A DNA stretch of 64,000 bases from an uncultured Gammaproteobacteria bacterium (GCA_964521295.1 CAZFRF010000001.1:705016-769015); one strand, 5' to 3'; counted from the stretch's first letter, positions 46,212 to 55,804 are shown. Made by a program: numbers and translations. The notes: generated from the sequence alone by a model not told the origin.

Positions 46212-46661
46212 ATGAAGTGTCCATATTGCGGTAGTAAAGAGACGGAAGTAGTTGAGACCAGAGATAGCGAAGATTTAGAGACGATACGCAGAAGAAGAGA
46301 ATGCACGAAGTGCAACAAGAGATTCACTACTTACGAGAGGATTGAAAACGTTCATTTAATAGTAATAAAAAAAGACGGAAAAAGAGAGCAGTTTGACCGC
46401 GATAAGTTAAAAAGAGGAATTTTAAGTTCTTGTCAGAAAACTAAAATTACCTTAGCGGATGTAGAAAGAATAGTAGTCGAAATTGAAAGAGAGCTGAGGA
46501 CAGCGGATAGCGTTGAAGTAGAAAGTAAGAGAATCGGACAAATGGTTGCAACTAGACTAAAATCTCTAGACAAAGTTGCTTATATCAGATTCTCAAGTGT
46601 TTTTAAAAGATTTGTAGACATAGAAGACTTTGAAAAAGAAGTCAAAAAATTAATTAAATAA
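46212..46661 (+). CDS. nrdR: Transcriptional repressor NrdR (zinc ribbon plus ATP cone)
   Basis: MKCPYCGS...ECTKCNKRFTTYERIE zinc ribbon and an ATP-cone region. The internal ATG at 46212 gives the canonical 149 aa. Confidence 0.85.
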   Translation: MKCPYCGSKETEVVETRDSEDLETIRRRRECTKCNKRFTTYERIENVHLIVIKKDGKREQFDRDKLKRGILSSCQKTKITLADVERIVVEIERELRTADSVEVESKRIGQMVATRLKSLDKVAYIRFSSVFKRFVDIEDFEKEVKKLIK

Positions 46662-46666
46662 ATATT

Positions 46667-49099
46667 ATGAAATTAGACGGCGTAAGACAAAAAGTATTTT
46701 TAGACAGATATAGCTTAAAAGATGTAGCTGGTAGTCCAATGGAAAAAACACCAGAGGAAATGTGGAGAAGAGTAGCTAAGGGAATTGCAGGTGTTGAAAA
46801 GCCAAAGGATCGCAAAAAATGGGAAGATAAGTTTTTCGATGTAATGACAGATTTCAAATTTCTTCCCGGTGGTAGAATTTTAGCAGGAGCAGGTACTGGT
46901 TTTGATGTTACCTATTACAACTGTTTTGTTATTCCAAATCCTCCAGACTCAAGAGGTGGAATCATGGAAAATCTAACTCAAATGATTGAGATCATGGCTC
47001 ACGGTGGAGGCGTAGGTCTTAATCTTTCTTCTTTAAGACCAAGAGGTTCAAGAGTCAAGAAAGTAAATGGTTTTTCCTCAGGTCCTATTAACTGGGCAGA
47101 GCTTTATTCACTAGCTACTAAAGATATAGTCCAGCAAGGTGGATCAAGAAGAGGAGCTTTAATGTTAATGCTTCATGATTGGCATCCAGATATCGAAGAA
47201 TTTATTACTGTTAAAGAGGATTTAACTAAAATTAACGGTGCTAATCTATCAGTTTGCGTGTCTGATGGTTTAATGGAAGCAATAAAAAAAGATGCAGATT
47301 GGGATTTGGTATATCCAGAATTAGATGATCCAAAATATGATAAAAAATGGGCAGGCGATATAAATGAATGGAGAAAAATTGGGGGTAAAGTAAAGGTTTA
47401 TAAAACAGTTAAGGCTAGATATTTATGGGATTTAATTTGTACAGCAGCTTGGAGATCAGCTGAGCCTGGTCTTCACTTCTTAGAAAGATCAAACAAAAGA
47501 TCAAATACTTGGTATTTTGAAACCTTAACAGCAACAAATCCTTGTGGAGAGCAGCCACTTTCTCCTTGGGCAGTTTGTAACTTAGGAGCAATGAATTTGT
47601 CTGCTTATGTTAAAAAAGGTGAATTTGACTATGATAATTTTGGTAAAGATGTTCAAGTAGCTGTAAGATTCTTAGATAACGTTATTGATGATACCCATTA
47701 TTTCTACAAAGAAAACGAAAAGGTAGCCAAAGATATTAGAAGACAAGGATTGGGAATAATGGGACTAGCTGATGCGCTTATAAAAATGAAGGTCAGATAT
47801 GGCGCAGAAGAGTCTTTACCAGTTATTGAGAAAATCTTTAAGACCTTAAGAGACAATGCATATATTGCTTCTTCAAATATTGCAGCAGAAAAGGGAAGCT
47901 TCCCTAAATTTAATAAAGAAAAATATTTACAAGGTTTCCATGTCCAAAGACTTCCCGAAGATATTAGAAAAAGAATTGCCAAACAGGGAATGAGAAACGC
48001 AGTCGTCTTGACTATCGCTCCAACAGGCTCAACTGGTCTTTTAGCTGGTGCATCTTCTGGAGTAGAGCCAGTTTATGAATTTGAATTCATCAGACGCGAT
48101 AGGCTGGGTGAACACAAGATGTATCATCCTCTTTTTGATGAGTGGAGAGCGGCAAATCCAAATGATGAGAGACCAGGCTATTTTGTTTCAGCAAATGATT
48201 TAACCCCTGAAGATCATGTAAAAGTTCAGGCTATTGCCCAGGATTATATTGATTCATCAATTTCAAAAACAGTTAACGCACCAAAAACTCATACAGTTGA
48301 TGATGTAAAAAGACTTTATGAAATGGCATATGACTCTGGTCTTAAAGGAATTACTTATATGAGAGATGGTTCAAGACAGGGAGTTTTGGAAAGAATTGAT
48401 GATAAAAAAGAGGAGAAGAAAATTATTCCTCAAGTTCAAACCAGTATGCCAATTTTACCAAGGCCAATGATGGTTGAAGGAGTAACTTATGGAACTGATA
48501 CTCCAGTTGGAAAAACCTACATTACTATTAATCATGATGAAAACAAACAACCATTTGAAGTATTCATCACAGTAGGCAAATCAGGATCAGATGTTGCAGC
48601 TATGGCTGATGCATTAGGCAGAATGATTTCTCTTAATTTAAGAGTAAATGGAGTTCTTGCTCCAAGAGATAGAGTTAAACAAGTTGTTGCTCAGCTTATT
48701 GGAATTGGCGGGGCAAGAAGCGTAGGGTTTGGGGAAAATAGGGTAAGATCCTTACCGGATGCAATTGCCAAAGTATTATCTAGACATTTTGAATTCAGAG
48801 TAAATGGTGTAGTAGAGGATAAGAAGGTAGCTCTTAATGGAGCAACTAATGGAAATTCCTTACCAAGCAATTTGACTGCCAATACTCACGTCCCAGTCGC
48901 AGCTGATTCTGGAGTAGAGGAAAAAACAGAACAAATTGTAAAAATTGAGCAATTAAGCTTGTCTGCAAAACCAATGCAAGCAAGTGAAGCAATGACAACA
49001 ACTGGACTTTATGATTTCTGCCCAGACTGCGGTGGAGCATCTCTTGCCTATGAAGAAGGCTGCAAGAAATGCTATGCTTGCGGTTACTCCGAGTGTTAG
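46667..49099 (+). CDS. nrdJ: Adenosylcobalamin-dependent ribonucleotide reductase (class II, NrdJ)
   Basis: VFLDRYS N-terminus, active-site TNPCGEQPL, and a C-terminal Cys-rich tail CPDCGG...CKKCYACGYSEC. Confidence 0.85.
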   Translation: MKLDGVRQKVFLDRYSLKDVAGSPMEKTPEEMWRRVAKGIAGVEKPKDRKKWEDKFFDVMTDFKFLPGGRILAGAGTGFDVTYYNCFVIPNPPDSRGGIMENLTQMIEIMAHGGGVGLNLSSLRPRGSRVKKVNGFSSGPINWAELYSLATKDIVQQGGSRRGALMLMLHDWHPDIEEFITVKEDLTKINGANLSVCVSDGLMEAIKKDADWDLVYPELDDPKYDKKWAGDINEWRKIGGKVKVYKTVKARYLWDLICTAAWRSAEPGLHFLERSNKRSNTWYFETLTATNPCGEQPLSPWAVCNLGAMNLSAYVKKGEFDYDNFGKDVQVAVRFLDNVIDDTHYFYKENEKVAKDIRRQGLGIMGLADALIKMKVRYGAEESLPVIEKIFKTLRDNAYIASSNIAAEKGSFPKFNKEKYLQGFHVQRLPEDIRKRIAKQGMRNAVVLTIAPTGSTGLLAGASSGVEPVYEFEFIRRDRLGEHKMYHPLFDEWRAANPNDERPGYFVSANDLTPEDHVKVQAIAQDYIDSSISKTVNAPKTHTVDDVKRLYEMAYDSGLKGITYMRDGSRQGVLERIDDKKEEKKIIPQVQTSMPILPRPMMVEGVTYGTDTPVGKTYITINHDENKQPFEVFITVGKSGSDVAAMADALGRMISLNLRVNGVLAPRDRVKQVVAQLIGIGGARSVGFGENRVRSLPDAIAKVLSRHFEFRVNGVVEDKKVALNGATNGNSLPSNLTANTHVPVAADSGVEEKTEQIVKIEQLSLSAKPMQASEAMTTTGLYDFCPDCGGASLAYEEGCKKCYACGYSEC

Positions 49100-49102
49100 C
49101 TT

Positions 49103-49651
49103 ATGTCTATATATACTAAGTTTGGTGATAAAGGTAAGACCTCTTTGTATGGCGGTAAAACCGTTTCTAAAGGCAGCGTTAGAGTAGAAGCTTATGGAAA
49201 CCTAGATGAATTAAATAGCTTCTTAGGAGTCGCTGTAAGTCTTTTAAAAGATAAAGAGGTAAAAAAGGAAATTATCAGTATTCAAAACGATCTATTTGAG
49301 ATTGGATCGTCAATTGCCTCAACTGCAACCAATAAGCATAAGATTTTAGGTGTATATTTGAAGCAAAGAGTTATTGAATTTGAAGAGGAAATTGATAAAA
49401 TAACTAAAAAATTACCAGAGCTTGAAAATTTTATCTTACCAGGAGGCTCAGAAACAGGTTCAAGGTTACATTTTGCTAGAACCATAGCTAGAAGAGCAGA
49501 GAGAAGGATAGTAACTTTAGCTGAAAAAGAAAAAGTTTTATCAGAAGTACTTATTTATTTAAATAGAGTTTCAGATTTGTTATTTATGTACGCAAGACTT
49601 ATAAATTTAAAAGAAAAGAAAAAAGAAATAATTTGGAAAACTAGAGATTAG
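49103..49651 (+). CDS. ATP:cob(I)alamin adenosyltransferase, PduO-type
   Basis: MSIYTKFGDKGKTSL...EAYGNLDELNS is the PduO/MMAB family start. Confidence 0.75.
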   Translation: MSIYTKFGDKGKTSLYGGKTVSKGSVRVEAYGNLDELNSFLGVAVSLLKDKEVKKEIISIQNDLFEIGSSIASTATNKHKILGVYLKQRVIEFEEEIDKITKKLPELENFILPGGSETGSRLHFARTIARRAERRIVTLAEKEKVLSEVLIYLNRVSDLLFMYARLINLKEKKKEIIWKTRD

Positions 49652-49782
49652 TTTTCAACGGGTGAAAGCAGGCGAAAATCCTGCGCTGTGCCGCAACTGT
49701 ATAGTCAGAGCCCCGAATATAAATCTTCCGAGCAGAAGTATGTTTTTTAGCATACAACTTCTCGGAGACGAGGAGTTTTTTT

Positions 49783-51084
49783 ATGCACGAATTACCAAGA
49801 ACAGAGGCAAAATTACAACCAGCCTTCAGAGAACCAGGTTCACAAGTTTTAAGTGCTCCTTCATTTGAAGGATCGGTTAAAAGAGCAAAGACTCTAGTAT
49901 ATGAGCCTGAATTTGATAGGCAAATGTACAGGGCTTACTCAGGATTGTCTCCTGAAGATCAACGAATATTAAGACAATATACGACTCAGCAAGTAGAGAC
50001 TTATGTTGGAGAAAGATTAGGCGTGGTTGAATCAAGAATTAGGTGGAATATTGTTGAGGGAAAAATTATTCCCGAAGGAGTTGATACGCCTCTAGAAACA
50101 ATTATTGCTAATGGTGTTAACTGGAGAAGGTCATTTAACGAAAACGGAGAATTAAATGGAAACCCTGTAGATTTTACTAGGGAAGAGGCAGAGTATGAAG
50201 GTTTTTTAAAAAGCCAAGCTAGACTTACTGATCCCGAAACACCAGTTGGCGCAATTGACCTATCTGTTTCTCCTCCCGGCGGAGAAGGGTCAGATTATAA
50301 GCATAAATTTTTTGATGTTCGGGTTGTAAAAGAAGATGCAAGCGGGACAAGATATATTGAAGCAACTCGTTTTCTTTCAGATTTAAATGTCGAGGGATAT
50401 AGAGAGCAATTGGCTCCAGTTAAAGAATTTGCTGAGACCCCAACTCCTGAAGATTTCTTGAAAGACCCAATAGTTTTAGATGGAATATTTAGCGATGCTT
50501 CTGAGGTTGGTACATATTTATCAGGTGGAGTAAGAGCATTGGAAGTTCAAAGATTTGCTGAAATAAAATCCTTACTTAGGCCTTATATAATAAGTTACAT
50601 TAATTCTTTAATTAATAATCCTTACGCTATTTTAGATCATAATTTACGTTTAAATGCTATTGTTAATGAAGCTGATGCTGTTCATGATGCACAAGAATTA
50701 AAAGACCATCTATTGTTAAGAGCTAAGCGTCATTTTGCAGATTTTGCACCAAGCTCAATGGTTGAGCAAGCCGTTCAGATTCTTGGGCGTCAGAGGGTGA
50801 GACAAGCTGTAGTTCCTTGTCCGGGTGAGAGTGGCGGTTTAGATGTTGGCGGAGATCCTAATTTGGTTAGGGATCCTTTTTCGGTCGGAGATTTCGGTAA
50901 ACCGCCAATGAGCGAAGTGGAAAAAGCTAAGAAAGATCCTAATTTATGTAAGTGCTTAGGAAAGGACAATCCCCATTTTCATTGTCCTGGAAAAACCGAG
51001 GCTGGGAAAAAGTGTGAATCTGTAATTATAGTTGGCCAAGGTGTTTCAAGATGTCTAAAGTGTGGAGAAGGAAAGAAATGTTAA
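49783..51084 (+). CDS. Hypothetical protein with a C-terminal multi-Cys zinc-ribbon-like tail
   Basis: 433 aa ending CKCLGKDNPHFHCPGK...CESVIIVGQGVSRCLKCGEGKKC. Confidence 0.3.
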   Translation: MHELPRTEAKLQPAFREPGSQVLSAPSFEGSVKRAKTLVYEPEFDRQMYRAYSGLSPEDQRILRQYTTQQVETYVGERLGVVESRIRWNIVEGKIIPEGVDTPLETIIANGVNWRRSFNENGELNGNPVDFTREEAEYEGFLKSQARLTDPETPVGAIDLSVSPPGGEGSDYKHKFFDVRVVKEDASGTRYIEATRFLSDLNVEGYREQLAPVKEFAETPTPEDFLKDPIVLDGIFSDASEVGTYLSGGVRALEVQRFAEIKSLLRPYIISYINSLINNPYAILDHNLRLNAIVNEADAVHDAQELKDHLLLRAKRHFADFAPSSMVEQAVQILGRQRVRQAVVPCPGESGGLDVGGDPNLVRDPFSVGDFGKPPMSEVEKAKKDPNLCKCLGKDNPHFHCPGKTEAGKKCESVIIVGQGVSRCLKCGEGKKC

Positions 51085-51218
51085 AAAAAGATAAAGATTG
51101 TACTGAGTGCTATAAAATAAAGTGTAGAAATTGTGGCTGGGAACCGACAGTCGAACAAGAAAGGCAAGTTTTAAGCGGTTTACTAACTAAGTGTCCAGAC
51201 TGTGGTGGGGGAAAATAA
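51078..51218 (+). CDS. Small zinc-ribbon protein (46 aa) overlapping the preceding stop
   Basis: Hand translation gives MLKKDKDCTECYKIKCRNCGWEPTVEQERQVLSGLLTKCPDCGGGK with three CxxC pairs. It is below the ORF-track cutoff. Confidence 0.3.
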   Translation: MLKKDKDCTECYKIKCRNCGWEPTVEQERQVLSGLLTKCPDCGGGK

Positions 51219-51280
51219 TATAAGGAACTTGTTAGGTTAATTTAATTGTTCAAAGTTTGCCAAAATGCTATTATTAACCT

Positions 51281-51685
51281 ATGGATAATAGTTCAAAACA
51301 AAAACCAATTTTTGATCCTAATCAACAAGCTACTAACCAGTCACAGTCTAATAGCTTTATTCCGGGAGTAAACAAGGAGCATGAAGTAAGTGGTGGAAAT
51401 TTTATTAGAGCTTCTGAGCCAGAGCATGTTTTGGATCAAGAAGTAAGAGAGATAGGCGTGCAAACGGTTTCTGATAAGCCTAATTTAACAGATGTACATT
51501 CTCAAGTTGGAATATCACATTCTTTACAAAATACAGATCCAGTTACTAAAAATCCTAAAACAATAGAGTTTCCCTTAAATGATAGCGAAGTAGGAGGTTT
51601 GTTGCAAAACAAAGATGAAAAATCATCAGCCTATTGGTTAGCAGTGTTAATAGATAAAGTAAAAAAAGTATTGACTTTAAAATAA
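51281..51685 (+). CDS. Hypothetical Gln/Asn-rich protein (134 aa)
   Basis: ORF only. Confidence 0.25.
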   Translation: MDNSSKQKPIFDPNQQATNQSQSNSFIPGVNKEHEVSGGNFIRASEPEHVLDQEVREIGVQTVSDKPNLTDVHSQVGISHSLQNTDPVTKNPKTIEFPLNDSEVGGLLQNKDEKSSAYWLAVLIDKVKKVLTLK

Positions 51686-51686
51686 T

Positions 51687-54059
51687 ATGTTTATTTTTAA
51701 TCAAGTATTGCTATTAATTTACGCACTAATAATAACCATTATTTTAATGGGTATTCTTGCTATATTTGGTGCTGTTTTGGGTTATTTATTTGTATTGTGG
51801 CAAAGAAATAAAGATAAAGAAAAATATTCCTTAGATTCGATTCTTTTGCAAATCGCTCTTCCTAGGGATAATGAGGTTAAGATAGATGCTGCAGAGCAGT
51901 TCTTTAATGCTTTTGCCGGCATTAAAATAGGTGGTAGATTTGCTTCATTAAAATATCGACCCCATATTTCGTTTGAAATTGTAGGAACCCCTGGAGATAT
52001 TAGGTTTTACGTGTATGTTCCAAATAAGTATCGAGACATGCTAGAAAAACAAATTAACGCTTCGTATCCCGATGCAGAAATCTCAGTAGTTGAAGAAGGT
52101 GCTTCTAAAAGCGTTAGGGAGGGTCAAATTATTGGTAATGAATATAATATATTTTCTTCTCAAGGTCATGTTGCTCATAAAACTCTAAAGTTAAAAGATT
52201 CAAACTATAAACCGATTAAAGTTTTTAAAGAATATGCAGTCGATCCTTTATCTGCTTTAACTTCTGTTTTGGCTAAAATGGGAGAGGGAGAAGGGGCAGC
52301 GGTTCAGATTTTAATTACCGGAGCAGACTCTAAATGGAGTAAGTTAGGTAGGGCTCATATCGCTGAAACTAAAAAAAGAGAATCTAATCCAGAAACTGCT
52401 AAATATTCTTCAGACCCTAAAGAGCTCGAGGGAATTGAAAATAAGATTTCTAAGCCAGGTTTCTATGCAGTTGTTAGATTAGTTGTTTCCTCAACTAGTA
52501 AAGAAGCAGCTGAGGCTCATTTAAATAATTTAGAAAATGCTTTTGAACAGTTCGGCGGCGTAAATTCATTTACTAAAGATAAAACCAGATTCCAGGGAAA
52601 TTTTGTAACTGAGTTTATTTATCGTCATTTTCCAACAAGAGGAACGTTATCTGTATTAACAAGCGAGGAATTGGCAACGATTTGGCACTTACCAAACAAA
52701 TCCATTTCTACACCTAATATTTATTGGCTAAATGCTAAAAGAGCGCCAGCGCCTGCTCAGATTCCAACAAGTGGTTTGTATCTAGGAATGAGTAGTTTTA
52801 GAGGAATAGCCAAGCCAGTTTATATGACTGAGGATGATAGACGAAGGCATATGTATATTATTGGTAAAACTGGTGTTGGTAAGTCTCAGCTTTTAAAACA
52901 GATGGTAATTCAAGATGTTCAGGAGGGTAAAGGAGTTGCGGTTATTGATCCCCACGGAGATTTAATTGAAGATATTTTGTTAAGAATTCCTCCTGAAAGA
53001 GCAGAGGATGTTATTTTATTTGATCCATCCGACACGGATAGACCTCTTGGCTTGAATATGCTAGAGGCACAAACCGAGCAGGAAAAACATTATATCGTCA
53101 GCTCAATCGTTGGGCTCATGTACAAGCTGTATGATCCGAATAAAACAGGTATTATCGGTCCAAGATTTGAGCATGCAATTAGAAACGCAATGTTAACCGT
53201 TATGAGTGAACGTGGTAGTACTTTTATTGAAGTTGTTAGAGCTTTAACAGATTCTAATTTTGTTCAAGAATTATTGCCTAAAGTTCAAGATCCAATTATT
53301 AGACGTTACTGGACAGATCAGATTGCTCAAACTAATGATTTTCATAAATCTGAAACTTTAGACTACATTGTTTCTAAATTCGGTAGATTTGTTACCAATA
53401 AAATGATTAGAAATATTATTGGCCAAAGTAAATCATCTTTTGATTTTAGAAAAGCAATGGATGAAGGAAAAATCTTATTGGTTAATTTATCTAAAGGAAA
53501 AATCGGAGAAGAGAACGCAGCTTTCTTAGGTTTAGTTTTAGTTCCCAGAATTTTAGTTGCTGCTATGAGTAGGCAAGATATTCCTCAAGAACAAAGACGA
53601 GATTTCTATCTTTATGTTGATGAGTTCCAAAATTTTGCTACTCCAGATTTTGCTCAGATTTTGTCTGAGGCAAGAAAATATCGCTTGAATTTAATCGTTG
53701 CTAATCAATTCGTAGGCCAGATGGATGAAGAGGTTAAAAACGCTATTTTTGGAAACGTAGGTACAATTATGGCTTTTAGAGTTGGTGTTACTGATGCAAA
53801 TTATCTGCAGCATGAATTCCAGCCTGTTTTCTCAGAGGCTGATTTAATCAATATCGACGTCTTTAACGCTTACGTTAAAACGATCGTAGGTAATGCTCCC
53901 GTTACGCCTTTTTCGATGGACACGACTAAAGATATTAGTAAAGAACAAGCCTTGGACAATCCTAGAGTTGCAGAGCTAATCAAGGAACTTTCAAGAATTA
54001 AGTATGGAAGAGATGTAAACGAACTTGAGATTGAGATTGCCCAGAGAGCAAGGCTTTAG
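51687..54059 (+). CDS. Membrane-anchored P-loop ATPase, VirD4/TraG/TraD-like type IV coupling protein candidate
   Basis: N-terminal TM helices. Walker A GKTGVGKS followed by VIDPHGDL (the T4CP-like DP.G motif). Walker B LYVDEFQNF. Length is 790 aa. Confidence 0.5.
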   Translation: MFIFNQVLLLIYALIITIILMGILAIFGAVLGYLFVLWQRNKDKEKYSLDSILLQIALPRDNEVKIDAAEQFFNAFAGIKIGGRFASLKYRPHISFEIVGTPGDIRFYVYVPNKYRDMLEKQINASYPDAEISVVEEGASKSVREGQIIGNEYNIFSSQGHVAHKTLKLKDSNYKPIKVFKEYAVDPLSALTSVLAKMGEGEGAAVQILITGADSKWSKLGRAHIAETKKRESNPETAKYSSDPKELEGIENKISKPGFYAVVRLVVSSTSKEAAEAHLNNLENAFEQFGGVNSFTKDKTRFQGNFVTEFIYRHFPTRGTLSVLTSEELATIWHLPNKSISTPNIYWLNAKRAPAPAQIPTSGLYLGMSSFRGIAKPVYMTEDDRRRHMYIIGKTGVGKSQLLKQMVIQDVQEGKGVAVIDPHGDLIEDILLRIPPERAEDVILFDPSDTDRPLGLNMLEAQTEQEKHYIVSSIVGLMYKLYDPNKTGIIGPRFEHAIRNAMLTVMSERGSTFIEVVRALTDSNFVQELLPKVQDPIIRRYWTDQIAQTNDFHKSETLDYIVSKFGRFVTNKMIRNIIGQSKSSFDFRKAMDEGKILLVNLSKGKIGEENAAFLGLVLVPRILVAAMSRQDIPQEQRRDFYLYVDEFQNFATPDFAQILSEARKYRLNLIVANQFVGQMDEEVKNAIFGNVGTIMAFRVGVTDANYLQHEFQPVFSEADLINIDVFNAYVKTIVGNAPVTPFSMDTTKDISKEQALDNPRVAELIKELSRIKYGRDVNELEIEIAQRARL

Positions 54060-54073
54060 TATAATGCACCCAC

Positions 54074-54145
54074 GCGTCTGTAGCTCAGTGGTAGAGCGCT
54101 ACTCTTATAAAGTAGATGTCCTTGGTCCGATCCCAAGCAGACGCA
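54074..54145 (+). tRNA. tRNA-Ile, anticodon TAT (UAU)
   Basis: Acceptor GCGTCTG/CAGACGC, D arm GCTC-AGTGGTA-GAGC, anticodon stem-loop CTACT-CTTATAA-AGTAG, T arm CTTGG-TCCGATC-CCAAG. Confidence 0.6.
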
Positions 54146-54160
54146 CTTTATAGCCTCAAA

Positions 54161-54493
54161 TTAACGAAGAATAATTTTTTTATTAAACCCAGGTAAAACA
54201 AACCCTTTTTCCATTTGAATTTGACCTAACAAAATATCATCAATTGGAAACATCCTGGGTGTTTGGTCTGGTTCTTTAATTGCTGACCATGTCGCCATTG
54301 CCTGAACCCTTGGTCCATCAGGAGCAATGAGAACTGTTCTAATTTCATCGTATCTTGCGCCTGGATCTTTTTTGGCCTTAGAATACCAATGCCTAGAAAA
54401 GGTAAGAGAGTTATCGGGTGTTACTTCTTGTGGTCTTTTTAGAAATCTTCCTAGAAATCCAGTATCGACCACATATAGCGATCGTTCATTCAT
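54161..54493 (-). CDS. Hypothetical protein (110 aa) co-oriented with the recombinase
   Basis: ORF only. Confidence 0.25.
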   Translation of the reverse strand: MNERSLYVVDTGFLGRFLKRPQEVTPDNSLTFSRHWYSKAKKDPGARYDEIRTVLIAPDGPRVQAMATWSAIKEPDQTPRMFPIDDILLGQIQMEKGFVLPGFNKKIILR

Positions 54494-54494
54494 T

Positions 54495-55355
54495 TTATAA
54501 TTCTGTTAATGTAGAGGTTTCTTTACCTCTTTCTGGTACATATTGGAGATATCTTTCAGTTGTGGAGAGTCTTTTATGGCCTAAAACCTTAGATAAGACT
54601 AGGAGTGATACTCCATGTTTTAGGTGATGGGCAACAAAGGTATGTCTTAAATCATTTACTTTAGCACTTTTAATTTCAGCTAGCCTAAAATATCTCTCAA
54701 CTGCGGTTCTGATGTTTCTAATTAGGAAAGGTTTACCACTTTTAGTAACAAAAACATGCTCATCGGTTACTTTTGGTCTTAATTCTAAATATCTATCTAG
54801 AGCTTCTTTTGCTCTTTTATTTAAAGGAACATTTCTTTCTTCGTGTTTTTCGAATGGGGAAATGTGCAAAGTATCTTTATTAATATCTGAGAGTTTTAAA
54901 TTAGCGAGTTCGCCAATTCTAATACCGGTTTGTAGTAAAAGCTCAATAACAGCAAACATTCTAGCGTCATTTCTAGCAGCGTCTCTTAAGGCTCTGTATT
55001 CGGTTGGAGTTAATATTCTAGGTGGTGCAAGCTGGTACTTAGGGTGTGAGACTAAAAGTGAAGGATCATCGGTTATATATTCGCTGATTTTTAAGAATCT
55101 ATAGAAGGTTCTGGTTGAGTTAATTTTTCTAGATACTGATTTAGGAGTATATCCTTCCTGAGCAAGCTTTGCTAAAAAGGCATCTAAATCTTCCTTGGTA
55201 ACTTCATGAATATTAGCTCTTTTGAGCTCTTCTAAGAAGGAAATTAACTGATCAATATCCTTGCCGTAAGCAACAATTGTTGAATTGGATTTCTGATTAC
55301 CATGAAGGTAATTTTTGAATTCATCGTGGGCATTTCTTAAGCCAATTTGCTTCAT
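54495..55355 (-). CDS. Tyrosine site-specific recombinase (XerC/XerD-like or integrase)
   Basis: C-terminal RHTFVAHHL...LGHKRLSTTERYLQ catalytic R-H-R-Y region. An N-terminal SAM-like core-binding domain. Length is 286 aa. Confidence 0.75.
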   Translation of the reverse strand: MKQIGLRNAHDEFKNYLHGNQKSNSTIVAYGKDIDQLISFLEELKRANIHEVTKEDLDAFLAKLAQEGYTPKSVSRKINSTRTFYRFLKISEYITDDPSLLVSHPKYQLAPPRILTPTEYRALRDAARNDARMFAVIELLLQTGIRIGELANLKLSDINKDTLHISPFEKHEERNVPLNKRAKEALDRYLELRPKVTDEHVFVTKSGKPFLIRNIRTAVERYFRLAEIKSAKVNDLRHTFVAHHLKHGVSLLVLSKVLGHKRLSTTERYLQYVPERGKETSTLTEL

Positions 55356-55469
55356 AATAAAATAAGATCCTTACTAAAAGTTTGGATCACAATGTCCTAT
55401 AATATCACCAATTTAAATACACGTCAAGCACGAAATTGATCAAAATATGTTAAGATAAATGTACTTCAA

Positions 55470-55802
55470 ATGAAAAAAGCTGCGTATCTAATCGTAATAA
55501 TTGGACTCTGTTTAGTTATAAATAGTTTAGCTCACTCAATCTATAATTTGTGGCACAAGCAAGATCTTTTAGTTTCAGCACAGAGAAATTTAGCTTTAGC
55601 AAAGCAAAAAAACCAAGAACTTAAGGCTAAATACAAAATTGTTACGACTAAGGAATTTGTTGAAGAGGAGGCGCATGACAAGTTATTTATGGTTAGAAGT
55701 GGGGAACATCAAGTTATTATTACTGACAAAGCTAAAACTAACGCTAAGAAAGAATTTGCTCCTCATCCAAATTGGCAACAGTGGTTAGATTTATTTTTGT
55801 AA
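55470..55802 (+). CDS. FtsB/DivIC-like septum formation initiator (TM plus coiled coil)
   Basis: N-terminal TM, then a short leucine-zipper-like coiled coil (LALAKQKNQELKAKY). Confidence 0.35.
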   Translation: MKKAAYLIVIIGLCLVINSLAHSIYNLWHKQDLLVSAQRNLALAKQKNQELKAKYKIVTTKEFVEEEAHDKLFMVRSGEHQVIITDKAKTNAKKEFAPHPNWQQWLDLFL

Positions 55803-55804
55803 AG

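Noticed and set aside
49652-49782. Cobalamin riboswitch upstream of the gene following the B12 module
   Set aside because: No B12-box-like consensus or other riboswitch core could be recognised by eye. It is kept only as an unclassified structured leader.
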